From assembly GCA_039931675.1 (NCBI GenBank), contig JBDTRM010000260.1, forward strand, positions 10,620-74,619: a stretch of DNA of 64,000 nucleotides, read 5' to 3'. Both the position numbers and the translations under genes were made by a program. Below, piece by piece: positions 9,585-19,890 of this stretch (position 1 is the first letter of the stretch; each line of letters opens with the position of its first letter). Origin of the DNA: Bacteroidia bacterium (GTDB taxonomy: Bacteria > Bacteroidota > Bacteroidia > AKYH767-A > OLB10). The notes beneath the pieces are model-generated. The model did not search any database and was not told the DNA's origin. It saw nothing but the letters and a program-made list of their open reading frames with translations.

Positions 9585-10886
9585 TTATAATGACTTATCA
9601 TCTTCGTCATCCTGGAACAGATCCTTGATGAGCGTGATAAAATCACTTTTCTTTTTTGTAGGCTGCACGGGCGTTTTAATCGGCTCATGTTTTGCCTCAA
9701 CCATAACCAGCGGCTGCGTTTTATTTTTTGTGCGTTCAGCATCATTCAATCCCATAATCACTAAACCAACTGCAGTGGCATACATGGGACTTTTAATTTC
9801 ATCATTGCCTTTGCTGATATGCTCATTAGGATAACCAATGCGCGTATCCATGCCTGTAATTAATTCGAACAACTGCTGTATGTGTTTAAGCTGAGCACCA
9901 CCACCGGTAATAACTAAACCGGCAATCAGTTTTTTCTCAAAGCCTGAATTTTTTATTTCATAATACACATGTTCAATAATTTCTTCCATTCTCGCCTGTA
10001 TGATATGCGCAAGATTTTTTACAGAAATTTCTTTCGGTTCGCGGCCTCTTAAACCGGGTATGGAAACAATATCATTATCGCTTGTTTGTGATGCCAAGGC
10101 AGAACCAAATTTTGTTTTTAATGATTCAGCCTGTGCACGTATAATGGTGCAACCTTCTTTTATATCATCGGTAATCACATTACCACCAAAGGGAATCACG
10201 GCAGTATGACGAATTATTCCATCCTGGAAAATAGCAATGTCAGTAGTTCCTCCTCCAATATCAACTAATACAACACCTGCTTCTTTTTCTTCATCGGTTA
10301 ATACAGCTTCGGCAGATGCCAATGGTTCAAGAATTAAATCAACAGGATTTAAACCTGCTTTGCGCACACACTTCTCAATGTTTTTTGCTGCGGTTACCAA
10401 CCCTGTTATGATGTGGCAATTGGCTTCAAGACGAATGCCCGACATACCTATCGGGTCTTTGATACTTGCTTCTTTATCAACAATATATTCCTGTGGTATT
10501 ACGTGAATAATTTCTTCACCAGGCGCCATAGCGAGTTTATACATGTCATCAATAATTGCATCAATGTCCACCTGTGCTATTTCTTCATCAATATTATGAC
10601 GTGTGCGCATGCCGCGATGCTGCAAACTTTTAATATGCTGACCGGCTATACCAACATGCACATCTTTTATGCTCACGTCTGATTCAGCATCAGCATCTTT
10701 AACTGCAAGCTTTATTGCCTGAACAGTTTTTTCAATGTTAGCCACAACGCCACGCATTACACCGAATGATTCAGCCTTGCCTTTGCCAAGTATTTCTATC
10801 TTGCCGTACTGATCTCTGCGGCCAACGATGGCGCATATTTTTGTGGTGCCTATATCAAGTCCCACTATTAAATTTGAATCTTCCAT
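9585..10886 (-). CDS. ftsA: Cell division protein FtsA
   Basis: VGLDIGTTKI, VDIGGGTTD, ITGGGAQL, YATAVGL. Confidence 0.98.
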   Translation of the reverse strand: MEDSNLIVGLDIGTTKICAIVGRRDQYGKIEILGKGKAESFGVMRGVVANIEKTVQAIKLAVKDADAESDVSIKDVHVGIAGQHIKSLQHRGMRTRHNIDEEIAQVDIDAIIDDMYKLAMAPGEEIIHVIPQEYIVDKEASIKDPIGMSGIRLEANCHIITGLVTAAKNIEKCVRKAGLNPVDLILEPLASAEAVLTDEEKEAGVVLVDIGGGTTDIAIFQDGIIRHTAVIPFGGNVITDDIKEGCTIIRAQAESLKTKFGSALASQTSDNDIVSIPGLRGREPKEISVKNLAHIIQARMEEIIEHVYYEIKNSGFEKKLIAGLVITGGGAQLKHIQQLFELITGMDTRIGYPNEHISKGNDEIKSPMYATAVGLVIMGLNDAERTKNKTQPLVMVEAKHEPIKTPVQPTKKKSDFITLIKDLFQDDEDDKSL

Positions 10887-10891
10887 ATCTG

Positions 10892-10969
10892 GATTTACAA
10901 TTTACAATTTTTGATTTACGATTTTCTCTTCGTCATTGCGATCCCGATAGCTATCGGGAGAAGCAATCT
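10892..10969. repeat. GATTTAC heptamers followed by a GTCATTGCGA-[TCCCGATAGCTATCGGGA]-GAAGCAATCT element
   Basis: Read directly; element 10932-10969, palindrome 10942-10959. Confidence 0.9.
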
Positions 10970-10988
10970 TTTCTTGTTATGCGAATTC

Positions 10989-11849
10989 TTAATTTATAAT
11001 TTCTCTTTTTACACTATCCCTAACCGCTACCGGCAAAGTTGATTTCACAACTCCCTTCTTTGTACACACCACTTGATTTTCAAACTCAAGATTGATAGTG
11101 CTGTATTGCGTCCATCCGGTTTTATTTAAACCTTTGCGGTAGAACACCAGCAGCTTTTCAATTTTCTTTTCAAGATCGCCTGCATCTCCAATCAGTATAT
11201 TCTGATCTCCAATGCGTGAAATCAATTCAATCTCATTGTTTTCATTTACATATACCTGTGTGAATAATGCATTGGCAACTGAATCGCGCTGCAGGTATTC
11301 AGCTATGGCATACAATTGTTCAATGATCAATTTTTTATTGGCAGTATCATTTGCAATAAATGCCTGTTCTTTAATTCTTCTTCTTGTATATCTTTCATTG
11401 ATCACTCCGCTTGCAACAATAACATTAGGAGTGTACTTATCTGACACCGGCATCAAATATCCTTCATCATCTATATAAAAATTTTCACCTTCAGTATTGA
11501 TAATCCTTATAATTGGTGTGCGTTGCTTTACCCTAATATTCAGCTTTCCGTTAAGGGTTGAAAATACTTCTGCATTTGCCACGAAAGGATTTGTATTGAT
11601 GATAGTTTCTAACAAAGCCGTGTTAATTTCATTTATAGGTTTTCCGAGGGGTTGCTTGCCTTTGCTGTTTAGTAATTCTAACACATCATTATTCTCAATA
11701 AAATAATTGCCTGCATCATCGGCAATGTCAATCTGAACCGCATTGCATTTTACATCATTCTGTTTTACATTAACGAATGCAACCGACAGTATCACTGCGA
11801 ATCCGAGCAGTGTCCATAAAATATACGGTATGTATTTTTTGAATTTCAT
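10989..11849 (-). CDS. ftsQ: Cell division protein FtsQ/DivIB
   Basis: N-terminal TM helix, VKQRTPIIRI, INLEFENQVVCTK; lies between murC and ftsA. Confidence 0.9.
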   Translation of the reverse strand: MKFKKYIPYILWTLLGFAVILSVAFVNVKQNDVKCNAVQIDIADDAGNYFIENNDVLELLNSKGKQPLGKPINEINTALLETIINTNPFVANAEVFSTLNGKLNIRVKQRTPIIRIINTEGENFYIDDEGYLMPVSDKYTPNVIVASGVINERYTRRRIKEQAFIANDTANKKLIIEQLYAIAEYLQRDSVANALFTQVYVNENNEIELISRIGDQNILIGDAGDLEKKIEKLLVFYRKGLNKTGWTQYSTINLEFENQVVCTKKGVVKSTLPVAVRDSVKREIIN

Positions 11850-11856
11850 GGCTTAA

Positions 11857-13251
11857 TTAATTTGAATTTTCGTTAACCTTTCCTGATAACATTTGCTGTA
11901 TAGACTGTACCAATTGATCAATATCTCCAGCACCGAGTGTGAGTAAAACCTCTAATTTTTTATTCTTTAAAATGCTGAGTAAGTCACTTTTATTGCACAA
12001 TATTTTTTGTGTTGTTATTTTACCGAGGATCATTTCTGAGTCCACGCCTTCAATCGGCAACTCGCGGGCGGGATAGATGGGCAGCAAAATTGTTTCATCA
12101 GGAAGACTGAGACTTGCTGCAAATTCATCTGCAAAATCACGTGTGCGTGTAAACAGATGAGGCTGAAATACAACCGTTATTTTTTTATCAGGATATAATT
12201 CTTTAACAGAATTTATAGCAGCGCTCAACTCTTGCGGATGGTGAGCATAGTCATCAATGTAAACTAAATCTTCGTTTTTTAATTGATAATCAAACCTTCG
12301 TTTTACCCCACTATATGTGCTTAGGCCTCTTTTAATCTCATCAGCACTTAACCTATAATGGAGGGCTACCGTTACGGCTGCAACTGCATTTTCCACGTTA
12401 TGCCTTCCGGGTAACCCTAACTGTAAACCGGTTATGGTATGCGATGGACTTACATAATCAAAAACATATTGACGATTTTCGATCCTGATATTTTTCGCTG
12501 TTGCTGATGCTGATTCTGTTATTGAATAATCAAGAATTTTTACTTCACCAGGTTTAACTGCCAATCCTTTTTTAAGGATGAGCAAACCCTTTTTATCAAC
12601 CTGTTCAGCAAATTGACGATAGCAATCTACCAGCGTTTGGAGGTCCCCATATATATCAAGGTGATCGGCATCCATTGAAGTGATTATAGCAGCATGTGGA
12701 TGAAGTGTTAAAAAAGAACGATCAAATTCATCAGCCTCAACGATGGTGACATGATCCTCTTTTTGCACAGCTCCCAATAAGAAATTGGAGTTGTAATTTT
12801 TTGCAATGCCGCCTAAAAATGCGGAACAATTTCTTCCACTACTTTTAAGCAAATGAGTTACAATTGAAGATGTCGTTGTTTTTCCATGAGTACCTGCAAC
12901 AGCAATCGTATTGCTGTTTTCAGTAATAAGACCTAATATTTCAGAGCGCTTATAAAGCTGAAACTTTGAAGCGAGGTAATTAAATTCACCATGATCATTC
13001 GGAATGGCAGGCGTATAGATAATCAGGAAATGCGCTGGATTTTCATTTTCAATAAACTCAGGCAACAGTTTCATGTCATCCTCAAAATGAACAGCAATTT
13101 TTTCAGCAATCAATTCATTGGTAAGTGGAGTAGGGGTTTTGTCATAACCGGCTACGGTTTTTCCCATAGCATTAAAATAGCGTGCCAGGGCACTCATGCC
13201 AATGCCGCCAATGCCTAACATATATACGCTGTTTATTTTTGAGAAATCCAC
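11857..13251 (-). CDS. murC: UDP-N-acetylmuramate--L-alanine ligase
   Basis: GIGGIGMSALA, AGTHGKTTTS, EADEFDRSF, DDYAHHP, FQPHLFTRT; GTG start. Confidence 0.98.
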   Translation of the reverse strand: MDFSKINSVYMLGIGGIGMSALARYFNAMGKTVAGYDKTPTPLTNELIAEKIAVHFEDDMKLLPEFIENENPAHFLIIYTPAIPNDHGEFNYLASKFQLYKRSEILGLITENSNTIAVAGTHGKTTTSSIVTHLLKSSGRNCSAFLGGIAKNYNSNFLLGAVQKEDHVTIVEADEFDRSFLTLHPHAAIITSMDADHLDIYGDLQTLVDCYRQFAEQVDKKGLLILKKGLAVKPGEVKILDYSITESASATAKNIRIENRQYVFDYVSPSHTITGLQLGLPGRHNVENAVAAVTVALHYRLSADEIKRGLSTYSGVKRRFDYQLKNEDLVYIDDYAHHPQELSAAINSVKELYPDKKITVVFQPHLFTRTRDFADEFAASLSLPDETILLPIYPARELPIEGVDSEMILGKITTQKILCNKSDLLSILKNKKLEVLLTLGAGDIDQLVQSIQQMLSGKVNENSN

Positions 13252-13325
13252 TTTGATTTACGATTTACGATTTTTGATTTACGATTTTTCCCTCTTAACC
13301 GTCATTGCGAGGAACGAAGCAATCT
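13252..13325. repeat. GATTTAC heptamers followed by the 'empty' GTCATTGCGAGGAACGAAGCAATCT element
   Basis: Element at 13301-13325, identical to 50641-50665 and to 58210-58234 (reverse). Confidence 0.9.
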
Positions 13326-13367
13326 GTTTTTGATTTAAGATTTTACTACCAACTGCCACCACCACTA

Positions 13368-14486
13368 CTACTTCTTCCCCACTGCCAGCCTAATAACTTC
13401 TTCAGCAATTTTCAACGCAGAGTTGGGTAATGCTAATTTTCTGATGTTGCTGGTGAGACTTAATAATTTATTTGTGTTATTAATTAATTGCAATGCTTCG
13501 TCAACTAATTTATTCTGTGCATCTGCATCACTTACAATAATTGCTGCGTGATTATTCACTAAAGCCATTGCATTTTTTGTCTGATGATCTTCTGCTACGT
13601 TAGGTGATGGAACCAGCACACATGGCTTGCTCACTATGCACAATTCAGAGATTGTACTTGCACCTGCACGTGAAATCACTACATCAGCCATTGCGTATGC
13701 ATAATCCATTTTTGAAATGAAGTCATATACTTTCACATCTATGAATGGTTTCGATGATTCCATTGCTTCTTTATAAAATGCTTTTCCTGTTTGCCATATT
13801 AACTGCACATCCTGTTTTGCAAATGCCAGTAAAGCGGCCCTAATACTCTGATTAATGGTGCGCGCTCCCAAACTTCCACCAACTACTAACACCGTTTTTT
13901 TTTGTGCATTCAACTCAAAATATTTTGCTGCTTCATTTCTTTTGCCTTCAATTTTCAAAATGTCTTCGCGCACGGGATTTCCCAACTTCATTAATTTCTC
14001 TGTAGGAAAATATTTTTCCATTCCATCGTAAGCCACGCAAATTTTTTCAACTTGTCGCGCAAGAATTTTATTGGTAACACCGGGGTATGAATTCTGTTCC
14101 TGTATCAAACACGGAATTCCTTTTCGTGCAGCTTGTTGCAATAAAGGCCCGCTTGCATATCCGCCAACTCCAACTGCTACATCCGGCTTGAACTTTTTAA
14201 TTATTGAACCTGCTTTCAACAAACTTGAGACCACCTTAAATGGAAATGAAAGATTGTCTAACGTAAGTTTGCGTTGAAATCCACTGATCCATAATCCTTC
14301 AATTTTATAACCTGCTGCAGGTATTTTTTCCATTTCCATTCTTCCTTTTGCTCCAACAAAAAGAATTTCATTAGCCGGATTTATTGCCTTTAATGCATTG
14401 GCAATCGCAAGTGCAGGAAATATATGCCCGCCTGTTCCTCCTCCACTGATGATTACTCTTATATTAGGCTGCTGCGGGTTGCTCAT
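13368..14486 (-). CDS. murG: Undecaprenyl-PP-MurNAc-pentapeptide N-acetylglucosaminyltransferase
   Basis: GGGTGGHIFP, GGYASGP, GNPVR, GGSLGA, RAGAST, DHQTKNA. Confidence 0.98.
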   Translation of the reverse strand: MSNPQQPNIRVIISGGGTGGHIFPALAIANALKAINPANEILFVGAKGRMEMEKIPAAGYKIEGLWISGFQRKLTLDNLSFPFKVVSSLLKAGSIIKKFKPDVAVGVGGYASGPLLQQAARKGIPCLIQEQNSYPGVTNKILARQVEKICVAYDGMEKYFPTEKLMKLGNPVREDILKIEGKRNEAAKYFELNAQKKTVLVVGGSLGARTINQSIRAALLAFAKQDVQLIWQTGKAFYKEAMESSKPFIDVKVYDFISKMDYAYAMADVVISRAGASTISELCIVSKPCVLVPSPNVAEDHQTKNAMALVNNHAAIIVSDADAQNKLVDEALQLINNTNKLLSLTSNIRKLALPNSALKIAEEVIRLAVGKK

Positions 14487-15612
14487 TTTCTTCTTTTACA
14501 ATATCACGACTAACGCTTAACAATATACCAAGAGATAAACTTGTAAACCAGATGGAAGTACCACCCATGCTGAGCATGGGCAGCGGCTGTCCTGTAACTG
14601 GAAATAAATTGGTAGCTACTGCCATGTTGATCATGGCCTGAAATACTAAACCAAAACTGCAACCTGCAGCAAACAGTGTTGCAAATGCTTTGGGACTTTG
14701 TTTAATCAATACCACCGTTCGATATAATAACAGTACATATAAACCTATTACGACAAATGCTCCCCACAATCCATACTCTTCGCAAATGATTGCAAAAATC
14801 ATATCGGAGTAGGGATGTGGAAGGAAGTTGCGTTGTGTACTGTTTCCCGGTCCTTTACCTAATGCACCACCCGTAGCAATAGCAATTTTTGCTTGTTCTG
14901 TTTGATAGTTGCCATCACTGTCCCCACTTTTAAAATTTTCAATGCGGTGCATCCAGGTATCAATGCGTCCTGTGTAACCTGTGAGTTTGGCAATGCCAAT
15001 AAATAATCCAAAACAAACTACGCCAATTCCAACTAACCCAGCGATATACTTAAAATTGATCCGACCTATGAACATTAAACATAAGCTGCATGCGAATAGT
15101 ACCGCAGCAGTTGAGAAGTTGGCCGGAAGAATTAATCCGCATACAACTAATACGGGAAGCATAATTGGAACGAATGCTGATTTGAAATCTTTAATGTTAT
15201 CCTGCTTAAGCGATAACATGCGTGAGACATAAAGTAATAATCCAAGCTTGGCAAAATCAGAAGTTTGAAACGATAGACCGATACCTGGTAATGTTAGCCA
15301 TCGGCTTGCTTCGTTAAGATTGGTACCACTTACTAAAGTGAGTATGAGTAATGGAATTACAATAACGAGTGCAATACGCGAAAGCTTTGCATAAAAGGTA
15401 TATTTTACCAAATGTGCACCATACATGATGGCAAGTCCTAATAACAGGATAACGAAATGTTTAAACATGTAATACTCCGTATTGCCCGACTGATAGCGAT
15501 AAGCAAGCGTTCCTGTTGAACTGTAAACAGCAAGTAATGAAAAGATAGATAGTATGAATACAATCAACCAGATCACCCTGTCACCTTTAAAATATGAATC
15601 TATCCAGGTCAT
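14464..15612 (-). CDS. ftsW: FtsW/RodA SEDS peptidoglycan polymerase
   Basis: FQTSDFAK, LPHPYSDMIF, PVTGQPLPMLSMGGTS. Start set at ATG 15612 because the upstream extension is translated heptamer repeat. Confidence 0.95.
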   Translation of the reverse strand: MTWIDSYFKGDRVIWLIVFILSIFSLLAVYSSTGTLAYRYQSGNTEYYMFKHFVILLLGLAIMYGAHLVKYTFYAKLSRIALVIVIPLLILTLVSGTNLNEASRWLTLPGIGLSFQTSDFAKLGLLLYVSRMLSLKQDNIKDFKSAFVPIMLPVLVVCGLILPANFSTAAVLFACSLCLMFIGRINFKYIAGLVGIGVVCFGLFIGIAKLTGYTGRIDTWMHRIENFKSGDSDGNYQTEQAKIAIATGGALGKGPGNSTQRNFLPHPYSDMIFAIICEEYGLWGAFVVIGLYVLLLYRTVVLIKQSPKAFATLFAAGCSFGLVFQAMINMAVATNLFPVTGQPLPMLSMGGTSIWFTSLSLGILLSVSRDIVKEENEQPAAA

Positions 15613-15698
15613 TTTTGATTTACGATTTACGATTTTTGATTTACGATTTGCTTTATTCACGTCATTGCGATCCCGATAGCTATCGGGAGAAGCAATCT
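15613..15698. repeat. GATTTAC heptamers followed by the palindrome-filled GTCATTGCGA...GAAGCAATCT element
   Basis: Element 15661-15698, identical to 10932-10969. Confidence 0.9.
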
Positions 15699-15721
15699 GT
15701 TATTGTCAAGCACATGCTTTT

Positions 15722-17065
15722 TTATAAAGCCTTAACTGCAGCCTTAAACTGACGGCCTCTGTCTTCGTAATTTTTGAACAAGTCGAAACTTGCATTGGCA
15801 GGAGATAACAATACGATATCACCTTTCCTTGCAAATTTGAAAGCGGCTTTTACTGCATCCTCTGCATTATCGGTTTCAACAATTGTTTCTACCATTCCGC
15901 CAAATTCTTCAATGATTTTTTTATTGTCTTTACCAAGACAAACTATTGCTTTCACTTTATCTTTCACCATATCATGTAGCATTTCATATTCATTGCCTTT
16001 ATCCTGTCCTCCTGCAATCCAGATTACAGGACGGTTCATACTTTCTAACGCATACCATGTACTGTTTACATTAGTTGCTTTTGAATCGTTAATAAAGTCA
16101 ACACCTGAAATAGTGTTTACAAACTCAAGCCGGTGTTCAACAGATCTGAAATCCATTAAACTGTCGCGCACAATTTCATTGCGAAGATCTAACAGTCTGC
16201 CTGAAATGCCTGCAGCCATTGAATTGTAGAGATTGTGTTTGCCCTGGATTGCAAGTTCGAATATCGTCATAGTGAGTGGATTTGATTTGATATTAATTAT
16301 TAAGTTTTCGTTTTCAATATATGCTGCCATGCCATCACTTCGTTTTATTGAGAAGGGATACCATTGGCTTTTGGGACTATGTTTTAACATTTCCATGTTG
16401 ATGTACTCATCATCAGCATTGTAAATGATAGCATCATCTTCTGTCTGATTTTGAATGATGCGCATCTTTGAATCAATGTATTTCTGCATTGAGTAATCGT
16501 AACGATCAAGATGGTCGGGAGTGATGTTTAGCAACACTGCTATTTCTGCCTTGAACTGATGCATGTCATCTAACTGAAAACTGCTCAGTTCAATAACATA
16601 GTACTCGAAATCACTCTCCGCTACCTGTTTTGCAAAACTCTGTCCTACATTACCGGCAAGTCCAACTTTTAAACCGGCTTTAGTAAGTATATGGTAGGTG
16701 AGCATAGTGGTAGTTGTTTTACCATTAGTGCCTGTGATGCAAATTTTCTTTGCTTTTGTATAACGTGCTGCAAATTCAATTTCGGAAATGATAGGGATGT
16801 TTTTTTCTTCGAAGAATTTAATCACATCAGCCTTGGTCGGAATACCCGGACTTTTAATTACCTCCGCTGCATCAGCCATTAAATCGTAAGAATGTTTTCC
16901 TTCCTCGAATGAAATATTATGCGCTGTTAAAACTTTTTTAAACTCATCTTTAATCACCCCCTTATCAGAAACAAAAACATCAAACCCTTGCTGTTGTGCA
17001 AGCACAGCAGCACCGGTTCCGCTTTCAGCAGCACCAAGGATGATTATTTTTTTTGTTTGAGACAT
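15722..17065 (-). CDS. murD: UDP-N-acetylmuramoyl-L-alanine--D-glutamate ligase
   Basis: SPGIP, ITGTNGKTTTT, ELSSFQL, DHLDRY, NDSKATN, LLSPA.ASFD. Confidence 0.98.
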   Translation of the reverse strand: MSQTKKIIILGAAESGTGAAVLAQQQGFDVFVSDKGVIKDEFKKVLTAHNISFEEGKHSYDLMADAAEVIKSPGIPTKADVIKFFEEKNIPIISEIEFAARYTKAKKICITGTNGKTTTTMLTYHILTKAGLKVGLAGNVGQSFAKQVAESDFEYYVIELSSFQLDDMHQFKAEIAVLLNITPDHLDRYDYSMQKYIDSKMRIIQNQTEDDAIIYNADDEYINMEMLKHSPKSQWYPFSIKRSDGMAAYIENENLIINIKSNPLTMTIFELAIQGKHNLYNSMAAGISGRLLDLRNEIVRDSLMDFRSVEHRLEFVNTISGVDFINDSKATNVNSTWYALESMNRPVIWIAGGQDKGNEYEMLHDMVKDKVKAIVCLGKDNKKIIEEFGGMVETIVETDNAEDAVKAAFKFARKGDIVLLSPANASFDLFKNYEDRGRQFKAAVKAL

Positions 17066-17130
17066 GTTGGGTATTTGGTATTAGTTACTTGTTATTGAAT
17101 AATTACTTTTTTTAGTACCGCGTTTTATTC

Positions 17131-18387
17131 TTATCTTAATTTCAGTGTAACCAACGTCAGCACTGCCAGCATAATTCCAATGATCCAGAATCGTGATACA
17201 ATTTTTGATTCGTGATAACCTTTCTTTTGATAGTGATGATGAAGGGGTGACATCAGGAATATCCTGCGGCCTTCGCCAAATCTTTTACGGGTATATTTAA
17301 AGTAACTAACCTGGATCATTACCGATAAAGTTTCAATTAAGAAGATGCCACACATGATGGGAATGAGAAATTCCTTGCGTATGCAGATGGCGAAAACTGC
17401 AATGATTCCACCTAATGCAAGGCTGCCGGTATCACCCATAAAAACTTGTGCGGGATAAGCATTGTACCATAAGAAACCTACGCAGGCACCAATAAATGCT
17501 CCACTGAAAACCATCATCTCTCCTGCATTGGGTATGTACATAATGCCGAGGTAGTTTGCGAATACGGTGTTACCCGCTACATAAGCAAGCACTGCAAGGC
17601 TGGTTCCAATGATGGCCGAAGTGCCTGTAGCAAGTCCATCTATTCCATCTGTTATGTTGGCTCCGTTTGAAACAGCAGTGATGATGAAGATAGATACCAG
17701 TATAAACGCAACCCATGTATATTTTTTCATTTCAGGACTGATCCACGTAACCAGCCATGCATAATCGAATTCGTGATTTTTGAGAAAGGGCAAAGTGGTC
17801 CTGGTTGACTTTACGTTTTTTCTTGAATACAATGCACCTTCATTTCTGCTTATTTCATCAATTACTGATCTTTGAGAAGTAAGGTTGATTTCACCTGCCG
17901 GAATTTTTTCGCGCACTACAACAAACTGGTTGAAGCAAAGAATACATCCAACGATTATCCCAAGCCCCACCTGTCCCAATATTTTAAACCTTCCGGCAAG
18001 CCCTTCTTTATCTTTTTTAAATACTTTTATGTAATCATCTAAAAGCCCTATAAAACCTAACCATACTGTGGAAATGAGGAGTGTAACGATATATACATTA
18101 TCAAGCCGTGCGAATAAAAGTGTAGGCAGCAGGATAGATGAAAGGATTATTAACCCGCCCATGGTTGGTGTTCCGTGTTTTTGTTTTTCCCCTTCAAGAC
18201 CGAGATCCCGAATAGTTTCACCAACCTGTTTTCTGTACAATAAATCAATAATGCGCTTGCCGATGAAAAGCGAAAACAACAACGACACAATAAGTGACAT
18301 AGCCGCACGGAAACTGATATAGCGGAATACGCCTGCCCCCGGGAAGTCATAGTGTTTGTTAAGATATTCGAATAGATAGTAGAGCAT
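17131..18387 (-). CDS. mraY: Phospho-N-acetylmuramoyl-pentapeptide transferase
   Basis: [41 protein letters not shown]; start at MLYYLF. Confidence 0.98.
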   Translation of the reverse strand: MLYYLFEYLNKHYDFPGAGVFRYISFRAAMSLIVSLLFSLFIGKRIIDLLYRKQVGETIRDLGLEGEKQKHGTPTMGGLIILSSILLPTLLFARLDNVYIVTLLISTVWLGFIGLLDDYIKVFKKDKEGLAGRFKILGQVGLGIIVGCILCFNQFVVVREKIPAGEINLTSQRSVIDEISRNEGALYSRKNVKSTRTTLPFLKNHEFDYAWLVTWISPEMKKYTWVAFILVSIFIITAVSNGANITDGIDGLATGTSAIIGTSLAVLAYVAGNTVFANYLGIMYIPNAGEMMVFSGAFIGACVGFLWYNAYPAQVFMGDTGSLALGGIIAVFAICIRKEFLIPIMCGIFLIETLSVMIQVSYFKYTRKRFGEGRRIFLMSPLHHHYQKKGYHESKIVSRFWIIGIMLAVLTLVTLKLR

Positions 18388-18429
18388 AATTGCACTCAAT
18401 CACATTCCACCGGGAGTGTGATTTTTATT

Positions 18430-19884
18430 TTAATCGTTTAATGTTTCCGTTAATATTTCCATATCGTCAAATGGATATTTTACTCCTTTTATTTCCTGGT
18501 ATTTCTCATGTCCCTTGCCGGCTACAAGAATTATATCTCCCTTGCCTGCAAGGCTTGACGCTGTTTTAATTGCTTCGCGCCTGTCGGTTATTGACAATAC
18601 TTTTTTCCCCTGGGCCACAGGAACACCTTCTTTCATTTGCCTGATAATGGTATCAGCATCTTCGCTACGCGGATTATCGGAAGTGAGAATTACTTTATCA
18701 CTTAACTCACATGCTATACGCGACATAATTGGCCGCTTGGCCGCATCACGATCACCACCACAACCAACTACAGTTATTACTTTTTCATTACCTGTACGAA
18801 TATCTTTTATGGTTTGAAGAACATTCTGCAATGCATCAGGTGTATGCGCATAATCAACAATTCCGGTAATCTTTTTTTCTGAAATGATATATTCAAACCT
18901 GCCTTCGGGCGGATTGAGATTACTAAGAAATTGGAGTGTCTTTATTTTATCAATTTCAAAAAGCACTGCAGTTGCATAAGCACAGGTAAGATTGTACGCA
19001 TTAAAGGTGCCGATGAGTTTGCACAATACTTCATGATTATCAATATTCAATAACAATCCCTGGAAATTATTTTCAATTACACGGCATTTAAAATCACAAT
19101 TGCGAAGCAAACCATAGCTGTATTTTTTTGCATTTGTGTTTTGCAACATCACCATCCCATTTTTATCATCCTTATTTACCAATGCAAAAGCATTGTGAGT
19201 GAGCATGTCAAAGAATCCCTTTTTTGCTTTTATGTATTCATCAAATGTTTTGTGATAATCTAAATGGTCGTGAGTGATATTGGTAAATACCCCTGCTGCA
19301 AAAGTTAAACCTGTAATGCGGTGTTGAACCACTGCATGCGAACTCACTTCCATGAACACATAACTGCAACCCTTTGCTACCATCTCACTCAATAGTTTAT
19401 TAAGTGATAATGCATCAGGAGTGGTATGTGTTGAAGGAATTACTTCATCGTTGATTTGATTTTTAACAGTAGAAAGCAGTCCTGCATTGTAACCAAGATT
19501 TCTGAAGAGATTAAAAAGTAATGTTACTGTAGTTGTTTTACCATTAGTACCGGTAACTCCAACCAACTTTAATTTTTCGGAAGGATTGTTATAAAAGTTG
19601 GCAGCGATGTAGCCTAATGCTAGTGAAGAATCTTTTACTCTTATATATGTAATACCGCTTTCAATTGCATCAGGCATTATTTCGCACACAATTACTTTTG
19701 CGCCCTTTGCGATACACTGTTCAATATACTTATGCCCGTCAACCTGCGTTCCTTTAATGGCAATAAAAAGACAACCCGGCTTAACTAAGCGGGAATCAAA
19801 GAACACTTCATTGACAGCAATGCTGGTATAACCAATCACTTCTTCAATGGGCGCTTTGTATAATATGTCTTTTAATATCGGCAT
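18430..19884 (-). CDS. murE: UDP-MurNAc-dipeptide--meso-DAP ligase
   Basis: GVTGTNGKTT, MEVSSH, DHLDYH, VDYAHTPD, DNPRSE, AGKGHE. Confidence 0.98.
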   Translation of the reverse strand: MPILKDILYKAPIEEVIGYTSIAVNEVFFDSRLVKPGCLFIAIKGTQVDGHKYIEQCIAKGAKVIVCEIMPDAIESGITYIRVKDSSLALGYIAANFYNNPSEKLKLVGVTGTNGKTTTVTLLFNLFRNLGYNAGLLSTVKNQINDEVIPSTHTTPDALSLNKLLSEMVAKGCSYVFMEVSSHAVVQHRITGLTFAAGVFTNITHDHLDYHKTFDEYIKAKKGFFDMLTHNAFALVNKDDKNGMVMLQNTNAKKYSYGLLRNCDFKCRVIENNFQGLLLNIDNHEVLCKLIGTFNAYNLTCAYATAVLFEIDKIKTLQFLSNLNPPEGRFEYIISEKKITGIVDYAHTPDALQNVLQTIKDIRTGNEKVITVVGCGGDRDAAKRPIMSRIACELSDKVILTSDNPRSEDADTIIRQMKEGVPVAQGKKVLSITDRREAIKTASSLAGKGDIILVAGKGHEKYQEIKGVKYPFDDMEILTETLND

Positions 19885-19890
19885 TGCCCT

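Noticed and set aside
18388-18430. Absence of murF (and of ddl and murB) from the dcw cluster
   Set aside because: This is the usual Bacteroidota arrangement; these genes are typically elsewhere.
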